IMG/VR virus record: IMGVR_UViG_3300042860_003408
Span: 21,866 to 85,865 of that record
Source of the DNA: a virus
Length of the DNA: 64,000 nt
Reading direction: 5' to 3' (one strand)
The notes beneath the pieces were generated by a model. It was given only the letters and a program-made list of their open reading frames with translations, had not been told where the DNA came from and made no database searches. Each line of letters starts with the position of its first letter. Position 1 is the first letter of the stretch. Below are positions 1 to 10,539 of the stretch, piece after piece. The translations under genes were made by a program, and so were the position numbers.

Positions 1-2
1 AA

Positions 3-218
3 AGGCTTAGAGTAGACTTTAAGGCTACAAAGGATTTAGGCAAGACTGTACTTCATTTAAACGAGCACTCAAATGGGTTTAATTATATGTTTAGATGGAG
101 AAAGAAAGACTCTAGAGCTGCATATGTCAATATGTATGAACTAATAATGTCTAGACAAAATAAAAGAGAACTGGCGAAATCAATAAAAGAAAATAGAACA
201 GATTATTTAGAATACTAA
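3..218 (+). CDS. Partial (5'-truncated) crAss-like IHF/HU-like protein of the capsid-tail module
   Basis: Open frame from the window edge: RLRVDFKATKDLGKTVLHLNEHSNGFNYMFRW...SRQNKRELAKSIKENRTDYLEY-TAA. It lies directly before the tail tubular gene, matching crAss-like gene order. Confidence 0.65.
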   Translation, partial: RLRVDFKATKDLGKTVLHLNEHSNGFNYMFRWRKKDSRAAYVNMYELIMSRQNKRELAKSIKENRTDYLEY

Positions 219-219
219 T

Positions 220-1161
220 ATGATTTATAATACAATTAGCGTTATGCAAGTTATATCAAAAGTACTTGCTGACCTAGACATAAAAGAAGATCCACAGCGC
301 ATAGCAGATATGATTGAATGGGCTAGCGAGGCTGTCGAAAAGATAGGCTCAGTTAAGCAGCTAGAGAGAGCAGTGTCTGGTGTAGATGGAGAAGAATACC
401 TAGAGATAAAGAATAGCCAAGCGAAATTACCGTTTGGCCTTTTCCGTTTAAATCAAGTAGGTTACAGCACATCAACTAATGGCCCATGGTTTCCAATGAA
501 GGTATCACAATCATCATTCAATAAATGGTCTGAATCAGGAACAAGCCCATACGACGTATCGGACATGGTAGTAAAAGATGCAGACATGATAGAGATGGTT
601 AAAATACTGTATCAAAAATACGAAGAGAATCCTGTATATGCATGGTTTTCTAAAGTAGACTATGAGAAGGCTCTCGAGATACTTAATACAAACCAGAATG
701 TAAGAACCCTCTTGTCAAATATGATCAAGAGAAATACAGGAAACAATACTAAGGTAGATAATTCCAATTTAGTATATTCAATTAAACCTGGATACATAAA
801 CACCAATGTTTCGTCTGGATACTTAAAATTAAGCTACGACAGGCAAATAACAGACGAGAATGGATTTCTAATGATACCAGATAAGCTTTCTTATATAGAG
901 GCAGTATATTGGTATATAGTAATGAAGTTGTCGTACCCGGAATGGAGAAGCGGAAAGATTAGGACTGATATATATATTGACGCCAAGACATCTTGGGCGT
1001 TCTATTGCAAACAGGCTTATGCTGAATCAATGATGCCAAACCAGGATGAAATGGAAACCATAAAGAATGTGTGGAACAGATTACTTCCAGATATGACTGC
1101 AGACAATGATTTCTATAGCAATATATCTAGCAGAGAAGTAGTATACAATAAAAATAGATAA
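220..1161 (+). CDS. Tail tubular / ring protein (crAss-like Ttub)
   Basis: 313 aa with motifs IEWASEAVEKIG and YSIKPGYINTN..SGYLKLSY....DENGFLMIPD..SYIEAVYWYI; located directly upstream of the muzzle gene. Confidence 0.7.
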   Translation: MIYNTISVMQVISKVLADLDIKEDPQRIADMIEWASEAVEKIGSVKQLERAVSGVDGEEYLEIKNSQAKLPFGLFRLNQVGYSTSTNGPWFPMKVSQSSFNKWSESGTSPYDVSDMVVKDADMIEMVKILYQKYEENPVYAWFSKVDYEKALEILNTNQNVRTLLSNMIKRNTGNNTKVDNSNLVYSIKPGYINTNVSSGYLKLSYDRQITDENGFLMIPDKLSYIEAVYWYIVMKLSYPEWRSGKIRTDIYIDAKTSWAFYCKQAYAESMMPNQDEMETIKNVWNRLLPDMTADNDFYSNISSREVVYNKNR

Positions 1162-1163
1162 TT

Positions 1164-4100
1164 ATGCAAAGCAAAATAGGATCCGAACAAATAAATACGT
1201 TCACTGGAGGTATGAATCCAGATGTTGATGTCTCATCATCTAAGGCTAATTCATATATACATGCAGAAAATATTCGCATATCTCCTGATTCGTCTAGTTC
1301 TTTTGGAGCAATGTCTCCTCTAGAAGATGAGATCGTTAGCTTAAATGATGCGTTTGATGAGTCTACTATAGTGCATTCTGACTCTGTTAGGGATATAGCA
1401 GTAGTGTTTACAACAGACTCTTCATACACATATATCTATAGGATTTCTAAATCTGGAGAATCGCTCGTATCTAAGAAAATATTAAAGGTGGACTATGTTG
1501 TACAACCAAAAGTGTCTACTGTATTGAGATATGAGGACGACGACAACATTAGATTATATTGGACTGACGGAGTTGGTCAAATAAAATCCTATAATGTAGC
1601 TCCATCAAATGATAAGCCAACAATAACTATTACTCCTGAATCATCTATAAATATTATACCAGCATCAAATTTATCTGCTCCTATAATATCTGAGATAACA
1701 AGTGGCAAGTTAAATAGAGGTAGAATTCAATATGTATATAGAGGAACTAATGAATCAGGGTCATCTTCAGTTATGTCATCTGCAAGTAAGATTGTAGATT
1801 TAAAAGAAGAAGGAACTAATGAGATATTATTAGTTGACGATGGACAGCCAAATTCTGGGCTAGGAGTTAAATTAAAGATAGATAAAACAGAGTTAACTGG
1901 ATTTAACAGAATCAAATTGTATTCTATTTATTATGATAATTACTCGTCCACTCCAAAGATATCACTAATACTAGATACAAAGGTATTGGATATCACAGGA
2001 ACGCAATTGATATTTAATGACTATGGGACTTCTTATTTACAGGAGTTAACAATAGAAGAATTCGCACAAATAGGAATTTCATTTTTCTCGGCAAAATATA
2101 TAGACTCAAAAGATAATATATTATTTGCTGCTAATATATCTGATATAGAGTTTGATGTAGACTATGATACTAGGGCATACCAATTTAGCAATACAGAATA
2201 TGAAGATGCAATCATAGTAGAGGCTGGATATGTAAGACAATTTAGTACAACTAGTGGTTACTTGTATAATGCTATAAATATAATTCCAGAAGCAGGGATG
2301 GTATTGTCTGATTTGGTAAAAGAATGGGATATACTTACTTTAATTGATGGAAATGATTCATTTATAATAGTTGATAGTGTAGATGATTTAAATTCAAGAA
2401 TAGTATTTAAGAGCGCTATATACCCTAATTATTCGTCAGGCGACGATATAGAAATATCAGAAGGAGTATATGCAAAATATAGAGAAGCGACTGTATATAA
2501 TTCTAATGATGCCCCGACTATAATATTTTCTACAGACAGTATGGCCTTGGCTGATAATCACGATTGTATTCATAGAGAGATTTATGAAACTGAAAAATGG
2601 TCAGACTTAGAATATATATATAACAAGAATGGATTTCTAGGTGGAAGCGGACCAAACGTAAGTTATAAATATGTAAATACATATCTAATTGGAGCAGCAG
2701 AAGGATTAAGAACATCTACATATGAAGCATCTCCTTCAAATAAATTCATAGACGATAGGATAGTTAGATTAGGCGGAAATCAAAGCACTGTAGATAGCCT
2801 TCTGATAAACAAATCTGATGGAGCTCTTGAGTATCAGGATATATCTGAATTTGGAATTGAGGCTCATTCTGGTAAATTAGATTACTCAAACAGGCTGATA
2901 TCTGGAGCGCTTCAAAGCTACAAGAGAGATGAGATATACAGGTTTGGGGCTGTATTTTATTCAAAAGACGGAAGAAAGACAGATGTTAAATGGATAGCTG
3001 ATATACGATTTCCAGCAGGATATTTTGAAGACACTGTTAATAGATGGACTTCTTCTATGTTTGAAATGCCGGAAGACTTCTTAGCGAACTATGATGTAAA
3101 TTCTACGATAAAAAATAGACTAGACAAGCAGGAATTATTAGTGAAGCCGCTTGGAATTGAATTTGAATTTTCCAATCTAGATAGTATACCTGAAGTAGCA
3201 AAAATAGAGATAGTTAGGTGTAAGAGAGATGTTAACAATAGGACTATATACACGCAAGGAGTCTTGCAGAAAATAGGAACATTTACAAATCCTACAAAAG
3301 GCGACGAATTATACAATGACATAAAATACTATGACAGAAATAATTTAAACACATTAAGGCCACACTCAATCATATCTATGGGAGAGAATTATGGAATGGC
3401 ACCACTGGTCGCAGATACATACACCTCTTCTGGGTTCTCAGGAGCACAAACTCTTGGTTTCAATGAATTCTACAATACAAACCCTCTTAAGATTGGTAGA
3501 TTACTAGCAGGCGATTCAGCATCTATAACCATGTCTCCATATTACTCCTCAAGAACAAATAAGATGCTTATCTCTCCGGAGGTTTCGTATTACGGCGAAG
3601 ATTTCGCAATACAATTAGCTAGGATTCCGTCGAAGTATTTATCAATGGAAAGAGTTGTTAGTCCAAAAATAACGCCAGCTACAAGTAATACATCTTTAAG
3701 CGGAGGAGAGTCCGTGTCATATATTGGGTCTCCCCTGCATAGTAATCTTAGGTTTGAATACGAATCTGTCTTATGGCCATCAGCAATGTATGCTGGAGCT
3801 GATTTAACAGAAGATTTAATGGCTACTGGATATAAAGATACGATGTTCTTTATTTTAGGCCTAGCAGGAATGGACGTATTGAATTCAATGACATCTGAAA
3901 CGCTAGGAACAAATATAACTGAAAATGACTATAATGAGAAGTCTTATGATTTAACTCTTTCTTCGCCATTTTTAGAAGACTATTCTCCTAAGGTACTAAT
4001 ATCAGGAACCGGTCTTTTGTCTAGGGTTAATTTTGGAGATATGCCTCAGCTATGGACAAATCAATATACTTATAAAAGCGGATTTCCTGGATGTGATATT

Positions 4101-5840
4101 TTAAATATAGGCGGAACTAGCACTAGCAAGCCAATATACGCAGAGACTGCAGATGATTTATTTAATTCAGGATACCCATCACTAACATTTAAGTTTTATT
4201 CATCTTTAAATACAAGAGACGCCAATCTTGCTGCAAATGATAGCTATATATCTGAGCTTAAAACAATAGTAAGGAGCAGTAATGATATAGAAAGTTACAA
4301 TATAATGCGCAATCAGAGCGCTAGTTCTATGCCTGTGTTTAATATATTAGAATCTAGTTATGCGGCGCAGACGTCAGAAGCTGTAGCTCACCAGGATTAT
4401 ACTAATTCTACGTCAGTGGGGGGAGTATTATTTTATAATTTTTCAAAATCATTATCCAGTCAAATACCTTACGTTGTAAATGAGAAGTCAGACATAATAA
4501 GGGCTGAACTATTCTGGGATGACGACAAAAATAATAGGGCTAGCGCAACAAACATAGCTTCTCTAATAAATAGATCTAAAATATCTGGATTGCATGGAGC
4601 TGGACTTCTAATCAATACAGAAAGTGAGATTCCCTCTATATTTGGTATTGATGAGCACATGCGAAAATATAATGCAGGAACTTTAAATAGTAGATTTAGT
4701 GCATTAGAATCAAAGATAAGAGCTGGATTAACTACATATATTGTAGATATAAAGGCAAATAACATAGGAATCTATGGTGGTCCATCATACCAGGACAGGC
4801 AGTTCTCAGAGTACATATCTACTGGATACTATTTCTCTAACGATTCGGATGTTAAAAGCAAGGCTGTATTTGGCGGAGATACGTTTATATCAATGTTTGA
4901 ATATACGATAACATCTGCAAACGATCAAACTAAAGTAGGCTCAGAAGCAATGATGAGTAAGAATAACTGGTGGAATGACGTAGTTTTATCTCAAAGTACT
5001 AGAACCGCTGCCATCATACCATTGGAAACAGGTATAAATGTATTTAACGATGACGGTGTGTCTTTCACGGACTCAAACAATACCGTTATACAGGTGTTAT
5101 CAGGAGTATATTCTCCAGGAGCTAGCCATGGCGTAAAATATAGCAAGGCTCAGCAAAAAGACCAATACAATTATGATTCAGTATTTTCATCAGAAACTAC
5201 TGCAATTGGATTTACATCTGATATACTAAATGAAGAGCAATACAATAAGTACGACTGCAGGATAGTAAATTCTGAAAAGAAGTCCAACGACGAACTAGAT
5301 GATTCGTGGGCTATATTTAAGCCAGCAAATTATATAGATGTCGATACTAAATTTGGAGAAATAACTAGAATAGTAAGTCATTTTAATAAATTGTACTATT
5401 TCCAAGAAGATGGTATTGGCGTTGTCTCTGTAAATGAAAGATCTCTTATAACATCAGACGATGGGGCTGATTTAGCGCTTGGAACAGGAGGCATATTAAC
5501 TAGATACGACTACATATCTACTAGCGCTGGACTGTCTAAATTAAGCATAAAAGGGCTACTTCCAACTGAAAGTGGGATATATTGGGTCGACAAAGATAGG
5601 AATGCTATATTCAGAGTTGCTGGAGACGGTATAGACCAAGTATCTAGAACTAAGGGAGTTCAGGCGGATATAAATAAAAGCACTGATACATTTGGAACCA
5701 GGTCTCTTATTTGGAAGAATAAAAAACATGCCGAGGTTGTATTTTCTAATTTATATATTCCTAATAGAGAGTCTTTTGGATTGATGTCAAACACAGGAGA
5801 TGTCTTAGAGACAGACGATGAAAAAATAATTACTACATAA
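1164..5840 (+). CDS. Tail stabilisation / muzzle protein (crAss-like Tstab), N-terminal major part
   Basis: 1558 aa. N-terminal NTFTGGMNPD..YIHAENIRI, internal SYKRDEIYRFG, YGGPSYQDRQFSEYISTG, VFGGDTFI and DSWAIFKPANYIDVD motifs recalled as typical of crAss muzzle proteins. Confidence 0.8.
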   Translation: MQSKIGSEQINTFTGGMNPDVDVSSSKANSYIHAENIRISPDSSSSFGAMSPLEDEIVSLNDAFDESTIVHSDSVRDIAVVFTTDSSYTYIYRISKSGESLVSKKILKVDYVVQPKVSTVLRYEDDDNIRLYWTDGVGQIKSYNVAPSNDKPTITITPESSINIIPASNLSAPIISEITSGKLNRGRIQYVYRGTNESGSSSVMSSASKIVDLKEEGTNEILLVDDGQPNSGLGVKLKIDKTELTGFNRIKLYSIYYDNYSSTPKISLILDTKVLDITGTQLIFNDYGTSYLQELTIEEFAQIGISFFSAKYIDSKDNILFAANISDIEFDVDYDTRAYQFSNTEYEDAIIVEAGYVRQFSTTSGYLYNAINIIPEAGMVLSDLVKEWDILTLIDGNDSFIIVDSVDDLNSRIVFKSAIYPNYSSGDDIEISEGVYAKYREATVYNSNDAPTIIFSTDSMALADNHDCIHREIYETEKWSDLEYIYNKNGFLGGSGPNVSYKYVNTYLIGAAEGLRTSTYEASPSNKFIDDRIVRLGGNQSTVDSLLINKSDGALEYQDISEFGIEAHSGKLDYSNRLISGALQSYKRDEIYRFGAVFYSKDGRKTDVKWIADIRFPAGYFEDTVNRWTSSMFEMPEDFLANYDVNSTIKNRLDKQELLVKPLGIEFEFSNLDSIPEVAKIEIVRCKRDVNNRTIYTQGVLQKIGTFTNPTKGDELYNDIKYYDRNNLNTLRPHSIISMGENYGMAPLVADTYTSSGFSGAQTLGFNEFYNTNPLKIGRLLAGDSASITMSPYYSSRTNKMLISPEVSYYGEDFAIQLARIPSKYLSMERVVSPKITPATSNTSLSGGESVSYIGSPLHSNLRFEYESVLWPSAMYAGADLTEDLMATGYKDTMFFILGLAGMDVLNSMTSETLGTNITENDYNEKSYDLTLSSPFLEDYSPKVLISGTGLLSRVNFGDMPQLWTNQYTYKSGFPGCDILNIGGTSTSKPIYAETADDLFNSGYPSLTFKFYSSLNTRDANLAANDSYISELKTIVRSSNDIESYNIMRNQSASSMPVFNILESSYAAQTSEAVAHQDYTNSTSVGGVLFYNFSKSLSSQIPYVVNEKSDIIRAELFWDDDKNNRASATNIASLINRSKISGLHGAGLLINTESEIPSIFGIDEHMRKYNAGTLNSRFSALESKIRAGLTTYIVDIKANNIGIYGGPSYQDRQFSEYISTGYYFSNDSDVKSKAVFGGDTFISMFEYTITSANDQTKVGSEAMMSKNNWWNDVVLSQSTRTAAIIPLETGINVFNDDGVSFTDSNNTVIQVLSGVYSPGASHGVKYSKAQQKDQYNYDSVFSSETTAIGFTSDILNEEQYNKYDCRIVNSEKKSNDELDDSWAIFKPANYIDVDTKFGEITRIVSHFNKLYYFQEDGIGVVSVNERSLITSDDGADLALGTGGILTRYDYISTSAGLSKLSIKGLLPTESGIYWVDKDRNAIFRVAGDGIDQVSRTKGVQADINKSTDTFGTRSLIWKNKKHAEVVFSNLYIPNRESFGLMSNTGDVLETDDEKIITT

Positions 5841-6331
5841 TGAATAGCATAATATTTTCAGAACAAATAGATGCATTTTCTACATATGCCGACTCTAATC
5901 CAATTGAAGTATTCCACTTAGATGGAGATACGTATGGGATATATGAAACAGGCGAGATAAAGAACATTAACGGCGGATATAACGTTGGAGATAATATACA
6001 ATTTGTATCATTCTCTGTAAACACTAATCCGTCGGAAACAAAGGCTTTTGATAACGTAGAATTGCATTTTACAAATAACAATAGTAATCCACCGTCATAT
6101 GCATGGTTTACTAATACAAAGCAAAGTAGCTTGCAATCAACGAGCTCTGATTTCGACAACAGAGAAGGAACACATAAATTATCAATCCCAAGAGCTTCAT
6201 CAGACTTATTTGCTGACAGGATGAGGGACAAATTTATAATATGCAATTACGAGTTTATAAGAACTACGCATGATTCAAAATATTTCTCTTTGCCATATAT
6301 AAAAACAAAATTTAGATATTCATCAATATAA
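5840..6331 (+). CDS. Probable C-terminal segment of the muzzle protein encoded as a separate ORF
   Basis: TAATG overlap with the upstream ORF. Motifs IIFSEQIDAFST, KAFDNVE, RMRDKF and terminal KFRYS resemble the usual muzzle C-terminus. Confidence 0.6.
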   Translation: MNSIIFSEQIDAFSTYADSNPIEVFHLDGDTYGIYETGEIKNINGGYNVGDNIQFVSFSVNTNPSETKAFDNVELHFTNNNSNPPSYAWFTNTKQSSLQSTSSDFDNREGTHKLSIPRASSDLFADRMRDKFIICNYEFIRTTHDSKYFSLPYIKTKFRYSSI

Positions 6332-8583
6332 TGAAGAAAACTAATAAGAAATTAAAAAAATATAAAGATGGTACTCCATGGTATATGGATGGCGCTATAA
6401 CAAAAGAAGGCAGTAGGGCTGCTAGTACTATAGGCGGAGTAGGCAATGTGGTATCAGGCGCTAGTACACTTGCGTCCTATTTCAATTCTGGCGACGAGGG
6501 GGATTTGTCAAACTACGTCACATCAACACTTGGGATGGCTGGGCAAGGAGCTGCAGCTGGAGCTGCATTAGGGCCATGGGGAGCTATAGCTGGAGGTGTT
6601 ATAGGAGGAGCAGCTGGACTAGTTATGCAGAAGAAAAAAGAAGCTGAATACAACAATAAAGTAATCCAGAAATCTATAAACAGCAATTTAGACTCAATAA
6701 GCATGGCGTCAAATAATATCAAGTCCCGCAATTCTATTTATTCTCCAAGGAATTATTCAGTTCCTGGATATAAAGATGGGGTTGCATCGGCAATCAATCC
6801 AAATGCACTAGTATCTAATGGAGAAGGGTTTAGGGACCCTATAACAGGCAGAGTTGGAACATTCCCAGGCGAGCCAAATAACAATGATAGTCTTGCTGTA
6901 CAATTACAAGAAGGAACATCTATATACTCAAATGCATACAAGCTTCCTTATGGTAAGAAACTAACACCGGCAAAGGCAATAGCTAAAATGGAAGCAGTAC
7001 AGAAAATTGACGACAAGATGGCTAAGTTTGGTGGACAAATAAATGATAACACTAAGAAGCTTAACGATATAAATAGAAAGAAGCAAACTGAATTGCTTAA
7101 TATGAATACACAAATAGAGAATATGGGAAAATCAAAACCTAAATTTATGCCTAAGTTTGCAGGAGGGACGCATTATTACACAGAACCATTGTCTACGTAC
7201 AGTAAACTTCCATTTGATAAAGCTACAGCAGAGAGGATGGCAAAACAAGGCATGTACTATTCTGGTGCAGACGAGAGCGGAAGACATAATTGGCATGCTC
7301 AGTTTAAACCTGAGATATCAGATAAATTTAATGAGGCGCAAAGAGCCGGTAAAATATATGCTGCTTTAACTGCTGATGAAAATGGATTAATGAGAATAGG
7401 TGGTGTTAGCAAGCTAGACCCAGTTGCAACTACAAATCTAGGAGCAGATAAAGAGCAGCTGCCTATATCTACCCAAGTAGCATCAGCGCAACAAGCTAAT
7501 CCATCGTACAATGGTATAGTGCCAGGAGTACTAGAGTCTGATTGGAATACAATGATGAATAGAGGAATTAAAGCTGGACAGCCTGGATATAACCCTGATT
7601 GGGTATTTAAAGGACAGGCGGTTCCGTTGTCAGAAGTACGAAGATCTGCAGCAGCAGGGGAACAAAATAGATATACTTTAGATAATACAGGTACAGCATG
7701 GATTCCAATGACTAATACGTCCACTAAGCCTATTTTAAAGCCCTCTACGGCAGTTTCTCCTCAAAAAGGTTCTACCCTACAGCAAGCACCAGCCGCTCAG
7801 GAAACGGCCTTAAAACAAGCCGAAACGCCAGCAGTAGCTACTCCAGCAATTGCGCCTAAAGTAGCAGCAGTTGAACCTCAGAAAGCAGCGACTGTTGAAG
7901 AGCCTAAAAAAGAGTTTACTGCAGAGAATGGATTGACAACAGAAGTGTTCAATAAAGGATTTGGAGACTATGCGTCCGAGCTTGGATACAACTTAGCATC
8001 ATTAGCGCCTGTAGCAGCCAATTGGTTTGGAGCTAAACCTGAATATGAGACTCCAAGATACGAAACTGCAATCAATCCAACATTGAGGGTTAATATGTCT
8101 AAGCAAGTGGAAGATGCTAGAAAGAAAAGTCAGATAGCTAGATATAACCAACGTGTTATGAATTCTGGAACTGGAGCGGGCACTACATTTGGAGCTTCTA
8201 CGTATGCAGCAGGGCTAAACAATTTAAATGCCATATCTGCTAATGCTGATAATATCAATAATGAATATAGAGCTAAATCTGCGGCAATATCAAATGAGAT
8301 AGCGTCTAGAAATGCTAATGTATTTAGAGAAAATCAGAAAAGTAGAATGCAGACTGATGCAAATGTTAGAGCACATAAGAAAGCAGCATTAGCTCAATTC
8401 TCTGATTATGCTCAAAATAAGCAATTGATGAAGAATCAGAAAGAAAGAGATATATTAAACTCAGAAGTGTTTGCGTCATTCGCTAATTTACCGGAAGCAG
8501 AAAGACAGAAGTTCTTTGGAATGATGACGTCTAAGAGGCCTGTATTTAAAAAGAAAACTACAACTAAAACAGCAACAACATAA
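6331..8583 (+). CDS. Internal virion (cargo/ejection) protein with Gly/Ala-rich membrane segment
   Basis: 750 aa with LGMAGQGAAAGAALGPWGAIAGGVIGGAAGL segment and ALVSNGE motif; lies between the muzzle and vRNAP genes; TAATG coupling. Confidence 0.65.
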   Translation: MKKTNKKLKKYKDGTPWYMDGAITKEGSRAASTIGGVGNVVSGASTLASYFNSGDEGDLSNYVTSTLGMAGQGAAAGAALGPWGAIAGGVIGGAAGLVMQKKKEAEYNNKVIQKSINSNLDSISMASNNIKSRNSIYSPRNYSVPGYKDGVASAINPNALVSNGEGFRDPITGRVGTFPGEPNNNDSLAVQLQEGTSIYSNAYKLPYGKKLTPAKAIAKMEAVQKIDDKMAKFGGQINDNTKKLNDINRKKQTELLNMNTQIENMGKSKPKFMPKFAGGTHYYTEPLSTYSKLPFDKATAERMAKQGMYYSGADESGRHNWHAQFKPEISDKFNEAQRAGKIYAALTADENGLMRIGGVSKLDPVATTNLGADKEQLPISTQVASAQQANPSYNGIVPGVLESDWNTMMNRGIKAGQPGYNPDWVFKGQAVPLSEVRRSAAAGEQNRYTLDNTGTAWIPMTNTSTKPILKPSTAVSPQKGSTLQQAPAAQETALKQAETPAVATPAIAPKVAAVEPQKAATVEEPKKEFTAENGLTTEVFNKGFGDYASELGYNLASLAPVAANWFGAKPEYETPRYETAINPTLRVNMSKQVEDARKKSQIARYNQRVMNSGTGAGTTFGASTYAAGLNNLNAISANADNINNEYRAKSAAISNEIASRNANVFRENQKSRMQTDANVRAHKKAALAQFSDYAQNKQLMKNQKERDILNSEVFASFANLPEAERQKFFGMMTSKRPVFKKKTTTKTATT
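7726..7829 (+). repeat. Dispersed phased element E1
   Basis: AAGCCTATTTTAAAG (7726-7740) ... GGCCTTAAAA (7806-7815). The 15-mer is identical to the one in E5 on the minus strand. Confidence 0.65.
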
Positions 8584-10523
8584 TGGTTAATTTATACGAT
8601 AATCCAGCACAAGCAAAATTTATAAATACATATGTTCCAATTCAATTTGAGCATCTATATAAATTAGCAGACAAAAGAGAAGCTGATATGGAAAAAGCAT
8701 ATGCAGCTATTGAGAAAGCAAGCTCTGTTGAGGCATTAGGCTCACTATCAGACGTAGACAATAAGTTATATGAACAAGAGTATATCACTCCAATAAAAAA
8801 CTTTATAGCTAATAATGTAAAAGATATGAGTTCGCTTGCAAATCCAAAAGTAAGGGCTCAGCTTAGTCAGTTAGTTCATAATGCAACAGCATCATCTGGG
8901 GCTAAAAATGCAATGGCCTCAAAAGCTATGTATGGTGAATATTTAAAGAATCTAGACCCTAGATGGGGTCAGGCTGGGATAGAACAGATAAAGACTCATA
9001 ATACATTCCAAAATGGTATATTCACTGGAAAGCCGTTGGAGTACTTTGATGTAGATGCAGTGGGCCAAAAGGTAATAAAAGGGATGGGTAGTAAATTAAT
9101 TAAATCTGCAACACCTGGAGATTGGAATGATTATTATGGACAGAGTCCAGAAGACATACGGTCTTATGTAAATGAAAGAGGATTGGAATTTGCGAATGAT
9201 CCATCTGCTATGTTGTACGCAAAGCAGGCACTGTCATCTGGCAGGGCATCTAAGGAGTATTATGAGCTAGACGAGAAAGGAAATCCAACAGGCATAAAGC
9301 CAGGCGCTGAAATTCAATTCATACAAGACGCCGTTTATGGTGCTGCATCAAAAGCAGCTACATTAGAAGGAAAGCCAAATAGAAGAATGGAGGCTATGTA
9401 TGACAGGTCTACTCAATTCGCATTACTTGGCGCAAGACAAGCTCATGAAGAAAAAATGAAGGACAAAGAGGATGCCCCAGAGCAAAAAATAAGCGTATTG
9501 GCCTCTATAAAAGGAATGGCAACTGACAACTTTGGTCAATCATTGGTACAGACAGCTGGCTCTAGAGTAGAAGAATTGCTTAAGGCTGGAGCTTCTAGAG
9601 CGGAATTAGTCGGACAGGTTGGCTCAGAGATAGTTCTTGCTGCTGAAAAGAATATAGAAAAACAACAATTAGAAGGGCAAATAAAGGAGCAGGAATCAAA
9701 CCTAAATTATCTACAAGCATCTGGGGATAAAAGTGCTGAGACGACAAGTAAGATAGCTGAGCTATCTAAATCAGTATCTGCTGCTAAAGCTAAATTCGCT
9801 GAAGTTGACAAACAATACGCATATGCAATAAGGTCTGCCGCACCAGTTATAATGAATAATGTAAGAGGGTTGAATAATTCAGTAGAAAAAGCTGGAACAC
9901 AAAGTTCTAGAATGATAACAATTAATGGAAAGAAACATCCATTCTTATCGACTGCAGATGTAGAGGACGCATCAACTGGATATGTAGATCCATTAGTTAT
10001 GAACGAATATGCTGGCATTTCACTTGGCGGAAAAACAAAAGCTACAGTTAAATCTACTGGGTCTCAAAGAGATATGATATCTGTATCATCAGCAAATCAA
10101 TTAAATGTTGTAAATCCAGTATCAAATTCTAAAACTAAATTTACAGAGACTGCTGTAATTAATAGAGCTACAGACGCAATAAACAATGCGTTAGCTAGCG
10201 GTAAATTAAATGGCAAAGTATTAGCTGAGGCTTCTGGGAAGATTAGAGTTACTGGGGCAGATGTAGATGCTCAATACTTAATGTATATACCAAAAGAGGA
10301 ATTAGAAGCAGCTTTAAGTTCAGTGCCAGGCTTTTCATCAGGAACTACAATATTAGCACTTAAGAATGCAGGGTATATATCAGAGGAGACTATATCTACA
10401 GAAAAAGGATTATATGGTGTAGTTGGAGATAGAAAGATGTATGTAGTACATGCAAACTCCAAAATACAAGATAATGCCATAACTGACAGGCTGACCAGTT
10501 CGGCAACGAAAATAAACAAATAA
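8583..10523 (+). CDS. Internal virion (cargo) protein 2
   Basis: 646 aa, helical, N-terminal NLYDNPAQAKFINTYVPIQF; directly upstream of vRNAP as in the crAss-like cargo cluster. Confidence 0.6.
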   Translation: MVNLYDNPAQAKFINTYVPIQFEHLYKLADKREADMEKAYAAIEKASSVEALGSLSDVDNKLYEQEYITPIKNFIANNVKDMSSLANPKVRAQLSQLVHNATASSGAKNAMASKAMYGEYLKNLDPRWGQAGIEQIKTHNTFQNGIFTGKPLEYFDVDAVGQKVIKGMGSKLIKSATPGDWNDYYGQSPEDIRSYVNERGLEFANDPSAMLYAKQALSSGRASKEYYELDEKGNPTGIKPGAEIQFIQDAVYGAASKAATLEGKPNRRMEAMYDRSTQFALLGARQAHEEKMKDKEDAPEQKISVLASIKGMATDNFGQSLVQTAGSRVEELLKAGASRAELVGQVGSEIVLAAEKNIEKQQLEGQIKEQESNLNYLQASGDKSAETTSKIAELSKSVSAAKAKFAEVDKQYAYAIRSAAPVIMNNVRGLNNSVEKAGTQSSRMITINGKKHPFLSTADVEDASTGYVDPLVMNEYAGISLGGKTKATVKSTGSQRDMISVSSANQLNVVNPVSNSKTKFTETAVINRATDAINNALASGKLNGKVLAEASGKIRVTGADVDAQYLMYIPKEELEAALSSVPGFSSGTTILALKNAGYISEETISTEKGLYGVVGDRKMYVVHANSKIQDNAITDRLTSSATKINK

Positions 10524-10539
10524 CAACAATTGCAAAATA

